A stretch of 64,000 nucleotides of DNA, taken from positions 62,001-126,000 of the forward strand of contig JAAOMT010000630.1 of the NCBI GenBank assembly GCA_016748015.1, given 5' to 3'. Every line of letters starts with the position of its first letter. Positions within the stretch are counted from its first letter, which is position 1. Below the pieces are notes generated by a model. The model was not told where the DNA came from, did no database searches, and worked only from the letters and a program-made list of their open reading frames with translations. This DNA is from Geosiphon pyriformis uo1 (taxonomy: Eukaryota > Fungi > Glomeromycota). Made by a program: the position numbers and the translations under genes. Below are positions 49,191 to 63,545 of the stretch, piece after piece.

Positions 49191-50374
49191 TTTGGGTTAA
49201 AATGTTTTTAGATTTGTCTCATTCATGACAGTCCATCAGCATTTCCATTTTTTTTTTGTAATGTACTATATAATTAAATAGTGAAAGTTCTATTTTCTAT
49301 CTAACATAGCAATCGGCTGCAAATTTTTGTTTCTAGATTGAAATCAATCTTTTATGATTGGTGTACACATCAAACTTTTGACTCAAGTATTCTTTTTATT
49401 TAGTAACAGCCCAATAAATAGCTAAGTGTTCCAGTGTTGGGGTTTTATAGTTTTTTTCTGCTGAATTTAAGCTTTTACTAATGTAAATTACTGAATGTTC
49501 TCTTCCATCCAGTTCTCTCTGTAATAATACTGCTCCTAATGCTTGACCAGATACATCAGTTGTGATTATGAATGGCTTGCTATGATCTGGATAGATTAGT
49601 ACTAAGGCTTGAATAAGCTTTCTTCTTAATATATCAAAAGCTTTTTGTTAAGTTTTAGTCTATTTATATTTGGTGTTTTTTGTTTGGAGTTGGTGTAGTG
49701 GTTGAGCTATTTTAGAAAAATCTTTGATAAAATAGTGGTAGTATCTAGCAAATTCCAAGAATGTTCTTAATTTTGTAAGATTATTTGGTACTGAAAAGTT
49801 CTTAACAATCTCGATCTTATTTGGATCTATTTTGATATCATTTTTGCTTACCACATGTTCCAAAAACTTAAGTTTTGTTTTGTCAAAGAAGTATTTGTTT
49901 GCATTTAATTTCAATCTTGCTTGTTTGAATTTTTCAAATACTTGTTAAAGATGATGCAGATAATTATCAAATGTTTTTGAGAACACATTGGTGTTGTTAC
50001 GGAATGGTTTTCTTGTTATATTTAATTGCTGATATCCCGCTTTAATTGCAATCAGTCTTTCGTGAGTTCCTCAATTCTATTTGTGTGATAATGTCACTGT
50101 TACACTGAAGGCTTTCTTTTTACTGTTGTGATGTAAGTTATTCTTTAATTCTTGATTGTTGTGTGTGTTTATGTACTTCTTCTCAGAGGCTGAACTGAAA
50201 TCTACCCACTGTCTGGGGTCTTCTCTGAGGCTATCCTTGCAATTGCCTGATGTGTTTCTCTAATCTAGAAACACAGAATGTTAATGGTCTTTAGCACTTT
50301 TCTAATTCTCACAATAAAGCTTTTATCAATTAGTAACAACGTGAATAATCTTGANNNNNNNNNNNNNNNNNNNN

Positions 50375-50566
50375 TTTTTCATCCGTGGTTATAACTCTTA
50401 ATGGATTATCTGGATTTTGTCGATTCCGGTAATAAAGTATGTGATTTTGGATGAAATAGTGTTTTGCTAATTTTTGGAGCTTAATTAGCTCTTTTACTGG
50501 CATTTCTTCGTCTATTTGTAGTGTTTCCAAGTATTGGCTGAGGTTTTTGTAAAGGTGGTTGTTCAT
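50375..50566 (-). pseudogene. Element E integrase, N-terminal start only (separate ORF, cut by gap)
   Basis: MNNHLYKNLSQYLETL...AKHYFIQNHILYYRNRQNPDNPLRVI matches the start of the B integrase ORF. Confidence 0.8.
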
Positions 50567-50595
50567 TGTTGTTGTGGTGGGTGGGTTGGTGATTT

Positions 50596-53500
50596 TTATG
50601 TGTGTCTCATTCTTGACAAACAGTCGGCATTAGCATTTTTGGTATTTTCTTTGTATTTGATAATATAATCGTATGGTGCTAACGTTTGTGACCATCTGGC
50701 GTATTTTTCTTTTAGCACTTTCTTGTTATTTAACCAGACCAGACCTCTATGATCTGTCATAATCTCAAAGGGTTGGTACTGTAAATATGTGTCAAAGTGA
50801 ACACAACTCCAGACTACTGCTAAGCATTCAAGTTCATGTGCTGTGTAGTTTTGTTCTGCCATACTGAGACTTCTGCTGGCATAAGCGATTACACGTTCTC
50901 TTCCATTATCATCTTTTTGTGACAGAATGGCTCCAAGTCCAGTTCCAGAGGCATCTGTGGCCAAAATGAATTTCTTGTTGAAATTCGGATAGATCATTAT
51001 TGGTGATTCAATGAGCTTTTGTCTAAGGTACTCAAAAGCTTTTTGTTGTGCTTCAGTCCATTCAAACTTCACATTTTTAGATAGTAGGTAATTAAGGGGT
51101 TTGGCGATGTTTGAAAAGTTTTCTACAAAGTGGCAGTAGTAAGATGTGAGTCCTAAAAAGCTTCTAACTTCTGAGACATTTCGAGGTACTGGAAAATTTT
51201 TCACTTTGTCTATTTTTGATGGATCTGGTTTTATTCCATCTTTTCCAACTACATGTCCTAAAAATGCTAGCTTATTTTTCCCAAAGAAACATTTTTCTAG
51301 ATTTAGTTTAAGTCCAGCGTGTCTCAATTTCTCAAAAACTTGTTGTAAATGTTGGAGATGATCCATGAATTTTGACGAGAAAACATTTGTATCATCCAAG
51401 TAGACAACAACGGATTGCCACAGGATTCCGGAGTAAATTACGTCCATTAGTCTTTGGAATGTCGCGGGAGCGTTTGTTAATCTAAATGGCATTACATTGA
51501 ACTCATAATTGCCATTTTGTGTTGTGAATGCTGTTTTATGTCTGTCCTTTGGGTCCATTTCCACTTGCCAGTACCCACTNNNNNNNNNNNNNNNNNNNNT
51601 TTGCGATAGGAATTTTTATCCATTGAGCTTTATCAGCTGGAATAAAAAGGTTAGTAAGTCCTATGAGAAACTGTTGGCAAGTTTCTGGGTAGGGCTCAAA
51701 TATTAGGTCTTTTTTTTTAATTATCCTTTTTATTCTTATTTCTGATTTTCCATATGGTAGGAGTGTGATGGACCACTCATTTTTAATTACTTCGCTTTTT
51801 TCCTCTATTGTTTCAGCAAAATTCGCTTCAATTCCTTTTCCTGTCGATCCGAAACCAAAAGTTCCTCTCGTTGTTTGTGACAATTCCTCACGATTTTCTA
51901 CTGGCACGAATTTCCCAATTTTTACCAATGATAGGAAAATTGCTTGTGCAATCTTTTCCTTAGATTCAATGGTATAAGGCTTTTCTGAATTGTTCTGTAG
52001 CAAAACCATCAAATTTCAANNNNNNNNNNNNNNNNNNNNTTGTATCATCCAAGTAGACAACAACGGATTGCCACAGGATTCCGGAGTAAATTACGTCCAT
52101 TAGTCTTTGGAATGTCGCGGGAGCGTTTGTTAATCTAAATGGCATTACATTGAACTCATAATTGCCATTTTGTGTTGTGAATGCTGTTTTATGTCTGTCC
52201 TTTGGGTCCATTTCCACTTGCCAGTACCCACTGGTCAAGTCCAGTGTAGAAAACCATTTTGCTCCTCCAAAAACGTCGAAGATTTTGTCAATTAACAGTA
52301 TTGGGTATGAGTCTTTGGTTGTTTTGCTGTTTAGTTTGTGATAGTCGACGCAAAATCTAATTTTTCCGTTCTTTTTCCTTACTAAAACAACTGGTGAGAA
52401 CCATGAGCTCATTGATGATTGTATTATTCCTTTTTCCAACATGCTTTGGACTTCTTCTCTGATAAAATTATGCTCCATTGGTGGGACATGGTAAGCGCAT
52501 TGTTTTTCAGGTCTGGCGTCTCCAGTGGGGATTTGGTGTTGAACCAAGTTGGTTCTTCTAAATTCGCCATTTCTTGAAAATATATCAGAGTATTTTAAAA
52601 TTAATGCTTTTAATTGTCGCTGTTGGTCAGGATCCATTGTTCCAATGTTTAATTTGGCCAATTCTTCTGGCGTAAATNNNNNNNNNNNNNNNNNNNNATT
52701 ATTCCTAAGTGCCCATTGTCGAAGTATCGGATGTCGGTCACCTGTTCTAGGTCGGTATAGGCTACAAATTTTTCTGACTCGGGACTGTCAGGTGAGTCTT
52801 GTTGATGTATTGATTGATTTTGAGACTGCTGATTCTCAATTTCCATTTTTCTTTCCAAGTCCCTTTTGTCTTGACACTCTTCACAGCACTGACTTTGGCA
52901 CAGGATGAGACAGTTTTCGCAGAGGTAAGTGTTGATTTGGGCGAGGTATTGTTCTTGCTCTTGTCGAATGGGGCATAGTTGTTGGTAGTAGTCCTAGAAT
53001 TCGTCCACTGGGTCGAACATGTTGTAGCTGGCAACTTTGTTGGCTACTTCGGCTGACTCTTTCCAACGTCGTATTTCTTCAGCGGTTCCTTCTCTTACTT
53101 TGGCTTGTGTGATGTTGTACAACTCGTCCTCGTCGTGTGAGTAGTGCTGTAGTCTTTTTAACGCTCTGTTGAATGCTGCTTCGAACGGCGTTCCTCCTCT
53201 TACCCAGTCACAGATGAGGATCATGTATTGGCAAGTTGCGTCACACGTTCCTCCTCGGCCTGGTAAGTCATTCCAGTCGCACTCTCTTGGTAACAGTTCT
53301 CCACAAGCGAGGCACGGTTCCTCATCCCATTTTCCGTGTCTTTCTGGGTAACCGTATTTTTCTTTGTTACAACGGTTACAATAGTAATGGGTGGGGTTTT
53401 TTGGGTCTTTGTCCAGTGTGCTGCACGCAGTCATAGACAAGAGTTTCTTCTTGCAAACCGAGCATTCTAGCTTTGGTCTGCGTCACTGGTGGTTTCTTCG

Positions 53501-56182
53501 TGAACTTACCTGGTTCTATTCGGATCTTTCTTCGCTGGTCCACATTGGTACGGCTGGTAGTCCTGTTCTTTGGTCATCAGCCCAAGAGAGCTGATAAGTT
53601 TCGATGGCTGGTAGTGCTGGATTTTCCTCAAATTCGAAGGTAGGTCTTTGGTTGGTGCTGGGTTTTTGGAAGTGGCCACAGGTGGCTGGAATTTTGGCCT
53701 GGTGGCCATTATAATTAATCAGAAGCTCTTGGGTGGTCCAGTCTAGGGTGGCGTTGGTTTTTGTTAGCCAGTCATTCCCTACTAACGCTTGATATTGTGT
53801 AGCGTCTATTACTAATACTTTTGTAGGTATTACTATGCCGTTAATTTCGAAAGGGAATGAGTCAATTTCGCCATAAGGCAGCTTTGTACTTCCATCGGCT
53901 GTTATGATTTGGGACGTCACGGCACGATCAACTTTGAAACCCAATTGGTTTACTAGTTGAAGCATTACGATGCTTCCAGCGGATCCGTTGTCTAAGATAA
54001 GTTTGATTGGGGTATTGTTTACAGTGGCTTCCATATACATAGCAGTGATTGAGCATTTTTCGTCCAATGCTGCTCCACTGAACATAGCCTCATTTTCCTC
54101 TAATTCAAAAGGAAAAATAGCTGCGAGGCTGCTATCTTCGGTGGCAACTGCTGGTGGTATTGTCTGGCTCAATTTGGAGGAATTCTTGGTTCTGTTTATG
54201 TTTCTACCATCATTGTTTCCGATGATCAGGTTTTCCGGTATATTAAGGTAAGTTTGTTGATAATTTTGGTAGTTTGGATTGGTTTGCTGATTGGTTCCGG
54301 CGCGGTTTGGATTCTTCTGGACCAATGCGTTCTGGTTTCACATAGGCTGATTTCGGGCCTCGGGACGCCAATTCGGGTTGGCTATCATGGGCTGTTGCTG
54401 GTAAGCTCCTTGATTTTGATACGTGGTGAGATATTGGCGTGGTATTGGCGTGTACTGGTTTCTGGGCATTTGAGGTGGCGTGTAGTAATTATTTTCGCGT
54501 GCTTCCTGCATCATTCGCATTCGACATTGACTAATCAAATGTCCTACGTGTTTGCAAAAATGGCAGGCACGTGTTTCTGTTCTGAATTCCTGGCGCGACG
54601 AGCGATTATTTCGACTGTCGCTGACTTCCTGGCTGCGTCTTTGGGGTGGTTGGTATGTATTTTTTCTCGGATCCGGGATGAGGTAACTTTCTATTTTCTT
54701 AGAGAGTTCCTCCCCTAATCGCATTACTCTTTTCTCTAATGTTTCTGTCTTATTTTCCTCCATTACCATGTTAACCATTTGACTATGGTTAGCTTCTTTC
54801 TCAGCCGATTCAAGGGCTCTGGCAAGCGTAACGGCTTCTGGTAAGGAATTAGGGTGGGCAGGGCGTACTCTTCCTAAAATGCTGCTTTTTAATTCTCTAA
54901 TAAACTGATTTAAAACCTGAGGATCAGTGTAGTATCCTTGTTCAATCGCTTCAATCTGATGGTGAATTCGATTGAATCGAGCAAGGTATTGGGTGACAGT
55001 TTCACCGGTATTTTGCTTGATAGTATTGAATTCATTCTGTAGTTGGATTATGGCGTTTGGGTTGCTAAAATACTCCAGGAGTGCATTTTTAAATTCGGTG
55101 AAGCTCGTGGGTTTTGTTTCCAGGCTTTGATACCACGAGTCGGCTGTGCCTTTCAGGAAGAAAGGTAATGTTTGAATTGCTCTTTGGTCATTCCAGTTAT
55201 TTGCCTGGATGGCTTTTTGTGCTTCTCTGAGCCATGTGTGCATGTCCGTTTCTTCTTCCTCTCCTGAAAAATCTGTTAGTCTTACAATATATGGTGTGGT
55301 CATTTCGTTGCCATTTTCTGCTGATGGGTTTATTGGTCTAAGAGAAGGTGGGATGATATTTCCTTGAGTGTTCCTAAAGGTGGCTTCCCTTATATCCGGT
55401 TCTTTCTCTTGATCATGAGTTTCTTGGTTTCTGGACTGGCTGCTTGTTTCAGTGACTGGTCTTGTGATTGTTTTTTTGCTGATCTCTTTTTCGGATTCCG
55501 ATTCAGACTCCTCTTCACGGTTTTCAAACCCCATTCTAAATTTTGGCTGAAAAAGAGGGTTTTGGAATAGTGATGAATATCCTCCTGTAATTGGTATGTC
55601 TCCCCAGTTACGTTGTTTAATTTTATCAATATAACTAGGAGTTCTTGGCGTTTGTGGAGTTGATGTTGATGATGATGCAGCTCCTAATGGAATTTGTATC
55701 TTATTTTCTGGTGAAAAATGGTATGATTTATCTTCTGGTGAATAAATACGTTGTTTCTTTATTGATTGAGTGACAGTTTTCTTTGGCGTTTGAGCTGGTG
55801 TTCCTAGTTTTTGCTGGTTACTTTCCTGATTAGTTTCTAAATTTTCTTTGGTTTTGTTGGCGCATTCCCTAGTGTTTCCTGTGGATATTGAAAAATTTTC
55901 ATTGGCGTATTGCTCAATTTCTCGATGGATTTTGACAATAATTGCAGCTATTACTGCTACTTCTTTTGTAGTGTATTGTGATAATTCTCTATACAATCCA
56001 AGTTTTGCATCGTGTGGTTCTTCTTCCTTTCCTATATGATAATTTATTCTGGCGTTGATATAATAAGTGAGGGCAGATTCTGCTGGACAACACCCTTCTG
56101 GTAATCCAAGATCACTTTGATTTTGTGTGTAAATAGCACGGCAGAATTCAAGAACAGTAAGATTAGGGGTTTTTGTCGCCAC
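50596..56182 (-). pseudogene. Element E Gag-Pol fragments (order partly scrambled by assembly)
   Basis: 614-aa Gag ORF (RLTDFSGEEE, CHFCKHVGHLISQC), LILDNGSAGS, Cys-rich module, RGTFGFGSTG, VYLDDT, ATDASGTG, NANADCLSRMRHT*. Confidence 0.88.
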
Positions 56183-58077
56183 TTTTGTCTTTTCCTTTTT
56201 AGCAATGAATTATTGCTAATTATTATTTCCTNNNNNNNNNNNNNNNNNNNNTTGTATTATTCCTTTTTCCAACATGCTTTGGACTTCTTCTCTGATAAAA
56301 TTATGCTCCATTGGTGGGACATGGTAAGCGCATTGTTTTTCAGGTCTGGCGTCTCCAGTGGGGATTTGGTGTTGAACCAAGTTGGTTCTTCTAAATTCGC
56401 CATTTCTTGAAAATATATCAGAGTATTTTAAAATTAATGCTTTTAATTGTCGCTGTTGGTCAGGATCCATTGTTCCAATGTTTAATTTGGCCAATTCTTC
56501 TGGCGTAAATTGATAGCATTCTACCAGTTGTTGCCAATTTATTGAAGTGAGTTTACAGTAGAGGGCGATTTCTGGGAAATTTAGAATTTTTTGTGGTGTT
56601 AACGTGTTTTCTAGCTCCATTCCGAGGTATTCAATGATAGTATCTTCCGGAATGTAGATGGGTTCTTCTGTGGTGTTTGCGATAGGAATTTTTATCCATT
56701 GAGCTTTATCAGCTGGAATAAAAAGGTTAGTAAGTCCTATGAGAAACTGTTGGCAAGTTTCTGGGTAGGGCTCAAATATTAGGTCTTTTTTTTTAATTAT
56801 CCTTTTTATTCTTATTTCTGATTTTCCATATGGTAGGAGTGTGATGGACCACTCATTTTTAATTACTTCGCTTTTTTCCTCTATTGTTTCAGCAAAATTC
56901 GCTTCAATTCCTTTTCCTGTCGATCCGAAACCAAAAGTTCCTCTCGTNNNNNNNNNNNNNNNNNNNNGTTCTGGTTTCACATAGGCTGATTTCGGGCCTC
57001 GGGACGCCAATTCGGGTTGGCTATCATGGGCTGTTGCTGGTAAGCTCCTTGATTTTGATACGTGGTGAGATATTGGCGTGGTATTGGCGTGTACTGGTTT
57101 CTGGGCATTTGAGGTGGCGTGTAGTAATTATTTTCGCGTGCTTCCTGTATCATTCGCATTCGACATTGACTAATCAAATGTCCTACGTGTTTGCAAAAAT
57201 GGCAGGCGCGTGTTTCTGTTCTGAATTCCTGGCGCGACGAGCGATTATTTCGACTGTCGCTGACTTCCTGGCTGCGTCTTTAGGGTGGTTGGTATGTATT
57301 TTTTCTCGGATCCGGGATGAGGTAACTTTCTATTTTNNNNNNNNNNNNNNNNNNNNATTCTTTAATTCTTGATTGTTGTGTGTGTTTATGTACTCCTTCT
57401 CAGAGGCTGAACTGAAATCTACCCACTGTCTGGGGTCTTCTCTGAGGCTATCCTTGCAATTGCCTGATGTGTTTCTCTAATCTAGAAACACAGAATGTTA
57501 ATGGTCTTTAGCGCTTTTCTAATTCTCACAATAAAGCTTTTATCAATTAGTAATAACGTGAATAATCTTGATCAAGGATTATTCTTCCAAGGGATTCAGT
57601 TGATGAATGATAGTTTCTTTCAATAAATAATACAAGTAGGTTTCTTAATATTTTGGGTTGTGATAGTTCAGTTTTAAATATTCTTTTTCATTTCTTTTTG
57701 ATTTTAAAGGTTTCTTGGGATATTTAATTTGAAAGTATGATTTAAAGTGGAGTTTGTTGGATAAAATTGGATCTATTGCTTGATAAGTTATGATTTTTAT
57801 TACTTGATTGATCCTTTCCCAATATTAAAACTACTGTATATATACATGTTTGTAGTTCTACGAGAAAATACTTTCTTTTTGATATTTCAACCTAGTGCTT
57901 GCTGCTATCACCAGTTGGTGTTGGCTGCTATTGTGAACTGGTGCTTGCCACTATCGCGAGATGGTGTTTGCTACTATGTTAATCATTACCTTTCTAAGAT
58001 TATTACTGTGCTATATTATGATTGAATAGTTTGTATTATTTTTATGATTCTTTTTGCTAAATTCTTAAACTGTAACA

Positions 58078-60580
58078 GTGTCATCCAAGTATACAATTAC
58101 TAATTTCCATAGCAGTTTAGTATAAACAATTTTCATCAGCTGTTAAAATGTGGCTAGAGCATTTATTAAGCCAAATGGCATAATCTTGAATTCGAAGTTC
58201 CCTTCTTATGTTGTAAAAGCCATCTTCTCTTTATCTTCTGGTTTCATGGCTATCTGCCAGTAACTATTGTCTAAGTCTAATATTAAAAACCATTTTTTTC
58301 CTTCAAAAGCATCGAACAATTCTTGGATTTTTGGAGTCAAATAGCTATCTCTTTTGGTTACTCTATTTAGTTTCCTGTAATCCACACAAAAGCAGATTTT
58401 CCCATTTTTTTTATAGACTTGTACCACTGGTGATGACCATGGGCTCATTGATAACTAAATTAGCTTATTGTCAAGCATCCAATTGATTTCTTGACAAATA
58501 ATCTCATGACTGGCTGGTAATACTTTATATACTCTTTGTTTAATTGGCATTGCATTTCCAGTCTTAATCTGGTGCTGAATTATGTCTGTTCTGTTAAATT
58601 TATTTTCACTGGCAAAGATGTCATTAAAGTTGTTGAGTAATATTTTGAGTTGCATCTGTTGAAGTGGGTCCAAGTTTCCTAAGTTCATTTGATCCAACTG
58701 TTCTGGCTGGAACAGATAATATTCTTCTCATCCATATATTGTTTGAAATATAATATCTACATATTTACACAGTTGTGGAAAATCTGAAATGGTGTTTGGC
58801 AATTGGTCTTTAATTTTGGTGGTTAGATATCCAATGATAGTTCCTTCTGATATCTTGATGACATTTCCCATGTTGTTGTAAATGGGAATTTTGATATGAC
58901 TGTAGTTTTTGGCTAATATGTATAGATTGACTAATCCAATCTCTTTTGATTCACAAAGTGTTGCTTCTGTCTCAAAAATCTGAACTTGATCTTTTACTTT
59001 TCTCTCTATAATTACCATGTACTGGTCATATGGTGGGATGAAAATTGGTTGACAGATAGAGATAATTTCTTCCTTGTTAATAACTTCTTTCTCTGCCATA
59101 TTAACTGGTACATTTATTCTACCTATTGATTCGAAACTCTGTATTCCTCTAGCTGTAATCCTTAATTCCTCCCTGTTTTCTATTGACACTAATTGAGCTA
59201 TTTTTACCAGAGGTAGGAATATTGCCTGTGCTATCTTTTCATTTGGCTCTATAATATAGGCCTTTTCAGAGTTATTCTGTAGTATTGCAATAATGTTTTT
59301 TACATATCCTGCATTATTATCCCTCCTCTAATGTTGATTCTTTTTTTTGCTAAACTATTTCTAGATGCCAGTTAAATTATTGTTGTTGCTTGGATTTTTA
59401 GTGCTATTTTAATATCAATACATGTGTGCAAATGTGGTTCCAATTTAATGGCATTCTTTCCTGGATATCTCAGATCAAATCCAGCATTAGCATTATGCAC
59501 ACATTCTGGCATAATACTTTTATCATTATTGGTAAATCATTTCAGCTCTTGTTTCTTGATAAGATCAGAAAGTGTGATGTATGTTTTGGGGTTTGTATCA
59601 GAATATGAATTGTTGCTATTTTTGTTGCCATTTTGAACAGGGCTAAAACTGTTATTTTTGTTGTTATCATTGTTAGAGTTTGAATTGGAGTTGAAATTTG
59701 ATTCTGATTCTGATGTGCAGCTCTTGATTGGTTTATCTTCCTCTGGAATCATGTAGATTATGCGTGGTGGTAGATTGTAAATAAGGTTACACTTATTACA
59801 ATATTAGAAGTCATATGGAATTAGGCAGTATTGACACAGTTGAGTGTTCAGCTGCTCTAAGCATTGCTCTTGTTCTTCTTGGGTGAGTGCTAATTCTTGG
59901 TAGTATTCATAGAATTGTTCTGAATCCAGTAGATTTATGACTGGTTCTGGGTCCCAGTCAAGTTCTATAGATTCTGGAAGATTATTTTTTATTATTCTGA
60001 TTTTCTCTGACATCACACCTTTGATTTTGGCAAGTGCTATTTGCCATATTTTGTCATTATTGTGTGGACAATTGTCCAGGTGTTTTACTGTTCTTTGTTA
60101 GATGGCTTCTATTGGTATTTATTTTCTAATTCAGTTACTTATTAGAATCATGTATTGACACAATTTATTACATGTTTCTCTTTGCCCAGAAATGTCATTC
60201 CACATTTTTTCATTTAGAAAAGTTTTTTCACAAGCCAAACATGATTTGTTATCCCATTTTCCAGCTCATTTTGGTCTTCCAAAGCATTTAATAATGCATG
60301 AACAGCAATAAAACTTAGTTGCTGTTTGGTATTCCTCATTGTTACCATAGTATGTGCCTATTGTCGACAATTTCTTGTCACAATCAATGCATATTAGCTT
60401 GAGTTAACAGTAATTGGTTTATGGTTGTGGTGCCAAATATGAAATATACATAGAGTTGGGGTCTTGTGTGTTTTTACTTTCCCTTTCTTTCCCTTTTCTC
60501 TTTTCTTCTTAGATCCAAATTGGTGGTAACTTGCTTTGATCATTGTTATTCCACAATAATTGATCAGTGTTTCAGATAAG

Positions 60581-60614
<34 letters not shown>

Positions 60615-63483
60615 GGTTGTTCTATAAAGATATTGGTGACAGCTTGTTGTGATCTTTGTTAGCCCAAGAAACTTGATAAGCTTCCCAAATGAGTTTAGTT
60701 TTCTTTTCTTCTAGTTTGATTAGTAGTTGCATAGTGGTTGGTTTAAAGTTGCCACAAGAAGCTGGTACTCTCATATGTTGGCTGTTCTGGCTTAGCTGGA
60801 GTTCTTGGGTGGTCCAATTGAGTACTACATTGGTTTTGAACAGCCAGTCATTACTAATAAGTGCTTGGTATTAGGTGGCTTCCATGACTAGTATCTTGAT
60901 TGGTACTATAAGATCATTGACTCTGATGGGGAAGTTGTCAATTTTGCCAATTGGAGTTTTAGTTGCTCTATCTGTCATAATGATTTTTGCACTGGCAGCC
61001 CAATTAACTCAGTGACTTAATTGATCCATGAGTTGTTTTGTGATGATGCTGCCAGCAGATCTATTATTGAGGATCAGTTTGATAAAGTGGCCATCAACTT
61101 TGGCATCAGTGTACATTACAGTGATGAGTTTTTCTTCAAGTGCAGCTCCATTAAACAAAAGGGTTTCTGATGGTTTTTTCATTTCAAAAGGAAATATAGC
61201 TGCAAGTAACTTGTTTTTTATAATGGTGGCTGGTAAAATGTTGCTAATAAGTGGTTTATTTTAATTGGATTCCATTTTGCTAGATGAGGCATTTTCTGGA
61301 GTTACTAGAAAGCTTAAATAGTTCTGAGAACTTGGGTTTTATGTGTACCTGGTTCTCAAACTCTGCTGGCAGAATTCCGATAACTGGTTTGAGAAGCTAA
61401 AGATTGATTGGTAGACAACTATTACTGATCTCCAGTTTTGGGTAACCCTTGATCTAGGATTCCCTAATGTCATTTGAGCTGAGTTTAATGACAGTATTGA
61501 AATTTGTTGGAGTTGATAGATTATGGGTGTTGCTGATTGATATATTGGAGATGAATATAATTGCTGCATTATTGGTGCTTGATATATTGATAGAGTTATT
61601 TGGGCATAAGGTGATTAATATTGGTAAGGCTCTTGTGATTGATTACTAATGTAATTCTGAGTTTGGATTCAGTGATCAGAGTTTTAATACTGATGGCCTG
61701 ATTGTTGTTTACTTAACCATTTATGGCATTCAAACTGTAAATGTTTTTGTTTACCACAATAGTGACATGTATGCATTTTCTGCTGCCACTGTTGATTGGT
61801 TGAGGATGCTGCTGGACACAACTGATTTTGGAAGCAATTTTTGTTTCCCTGATTGTTATGTTATTGTGGAGATTAATAAATGGCTTGATTGGTGTTAACT
61901 AAGTATCTCTCTAATTTTTGATTGATTAATTCACTGAATTGCTTCAATTTGAAGTCTAAGTCAGATAATCCATTTATTACTAGATTTACTGCTTAGAAGT
62001 GATTGGTTTTTAATTCAATGGTCTCAAAATCTCTGGCATTAGTAACTGCAGCTTGAAGATTTGTTGGGTGTAATAGATGTACACATTGGAGGATGCTACT
62101 GTGCAAGTCTTTAATAAATTGATTCAAAATCTGGACTGCAGTGAAATAATTAGCATCGATGACTTGTATTTGGCACAGATTTCGATGAAACCATTCCAAG
62201 TAAGTAGTGACTGCTTTAGTATCTCCCTGTTTAATGGTAATAAAGGTATTGGCCAAGTGATTAATACTGTTGCTATTACTAAAATATCTTAAAAATTCCA
62301 ATTTAAATGAATCAAATATTTGGGGTTTCTGAGCTAGACTATAATACCACGAGTTGGTGACATCTTAAAGAAAATAGAGGATTGCTTGAAAGGCTTTGGT
62401 ATTATCCCAGTTATTGGTAGTAATGGGTTTGGTAATGTTATTAATCCATGTTTGGACGTCATCTTCTTCACTAGAAAATTTTTCTAGTTTTGCAATGAGT
62501 GTATATGCCATTTGTGTAATCAATTGTTGTTGGGCTGGTAGTAGTTGAAGTTGTTGTTGCAGCTGTTGAAGTGGTTATTGTGGTTGTTGAGGTGGTTGAA
62601 TTGGTTATTGAATAGGTTGTTGAAGCGGCTGCTGTTAAATTGGTTCAATAATCAGTTCAATGAGTGGCTAATTAATGACAATTACTAGAGGTAAGTTTTG
62701 CTAATTAATTGTTTTGGAGTTTGGATTGTTTTGAGTTTGCTGGGTTTGAATGTTCAGAGTTTCAACTTCAGGATTTTCTAGAATTGGGTTTTGGTAAGTA
62801 ACTTTTTGATTCTCACTTTTTTTTTCTTCTGATTCTATTACTTCTCACAGACTTGCAATTTCAAAATCTGGTTGAGATAGCAGTAATCAAAATTCTGATG
62901 GCATTAGTAATCACAATTTAAATCCTTTAAAATATTCATCATATAGTCTTAATAACTTTGCTTTTCTTTGTTTACTTTGAAATAGAAATTGTCCAAAGAT
63001 TGATGTTATGTTTAATGTGGATGCATCTGCTGAGGAGATATTGATAGCATTTCCTGATGTATAATGGTATAATAGATTGGTTGGTAATTCAACTCTGGTT
63101 TTTTTTCAAGTGAGTGGTTGTATTTTTTTGGGTGTTACTGCTGGTGTTTGCAATTTTTCTTTGTCTTTGTCTGCATAGGTGATGAGGAATTGTTGTTGGG
63201 TGTAATTTTCAATAATTTAATTGATTTCCTCAATGATTGGTGTGAAACTGTAGTTTTTTGGTAAACTGGTATGTTGAAATAATTCTGTATAGAAATTTTC
63301 CCTTGCAGATTCAATGTTAACTGTTTCTCCTAAGCAGTTTGTGATTTTATTGTTGACATAAAAGTTGAAGGCTGATTCTGCTGGAAAATGGTTATTGTTT
63401 AATCTTAACTGTTGGCTGTACTGTTGAAACAAAAATTTGGTAAATTCTAAATGGTTGGTTCCTATGATTTCTGATTCTGCCAC
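58078..63483 (-). pseudogene. Element D Gag-Pol remnant, N-extension through RT YLDD (continues 49994-49208)
   Basis: MAYTLIAKLEKFSSEED, LILNNRSAGS, CIDCDKKL, AHNANAGFDLRYP, KIAQAIF, FCVDYRKLN, VYLDD. Confidence 0.85.
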
Positions 63484-63545
63484 TTTTGGATGATTGTTGT
63501 TGGTGCTGGTTTTCTGTAAGATTATACTTCACAAAAAACACCAAA

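Larger units (their letters stand above)
49995..58077 (-). mobile_element. Younger Ty3/gypsy-type LTR element E nested in the RT of D; internally gapped and misassembled
   Basis: TGTTAC at 49995 and GTAACA ending 58077. TSD GTGT at 49991-49994 and 58078-58081. LTR pieces 49995-50354 and 57357-58077 overlap in sequence. Long ORFs and retained CpG indicate a young element. Multiple ~20-nt N gaps. Confidence 0.85.

Noticed and set aside
51399-57336. Apparent internal duplications in element E (RT segment, dUTPase segment and gag end each present twice)
   Set aside because: The duplicates are near-identical and each is bounded by ~20-nt N gaps. This fits scaffolding of a collapsed young repeat, not real tandem domains.
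60588-60614. Long poly(T) run as a retroposed poly(A) tail
   Set aside because: It lies in frame within D Pol at a Glu/Lys-rich stretch, which is best explained by G>A erosion of GAA repeats plus slippage. There is no TSD.
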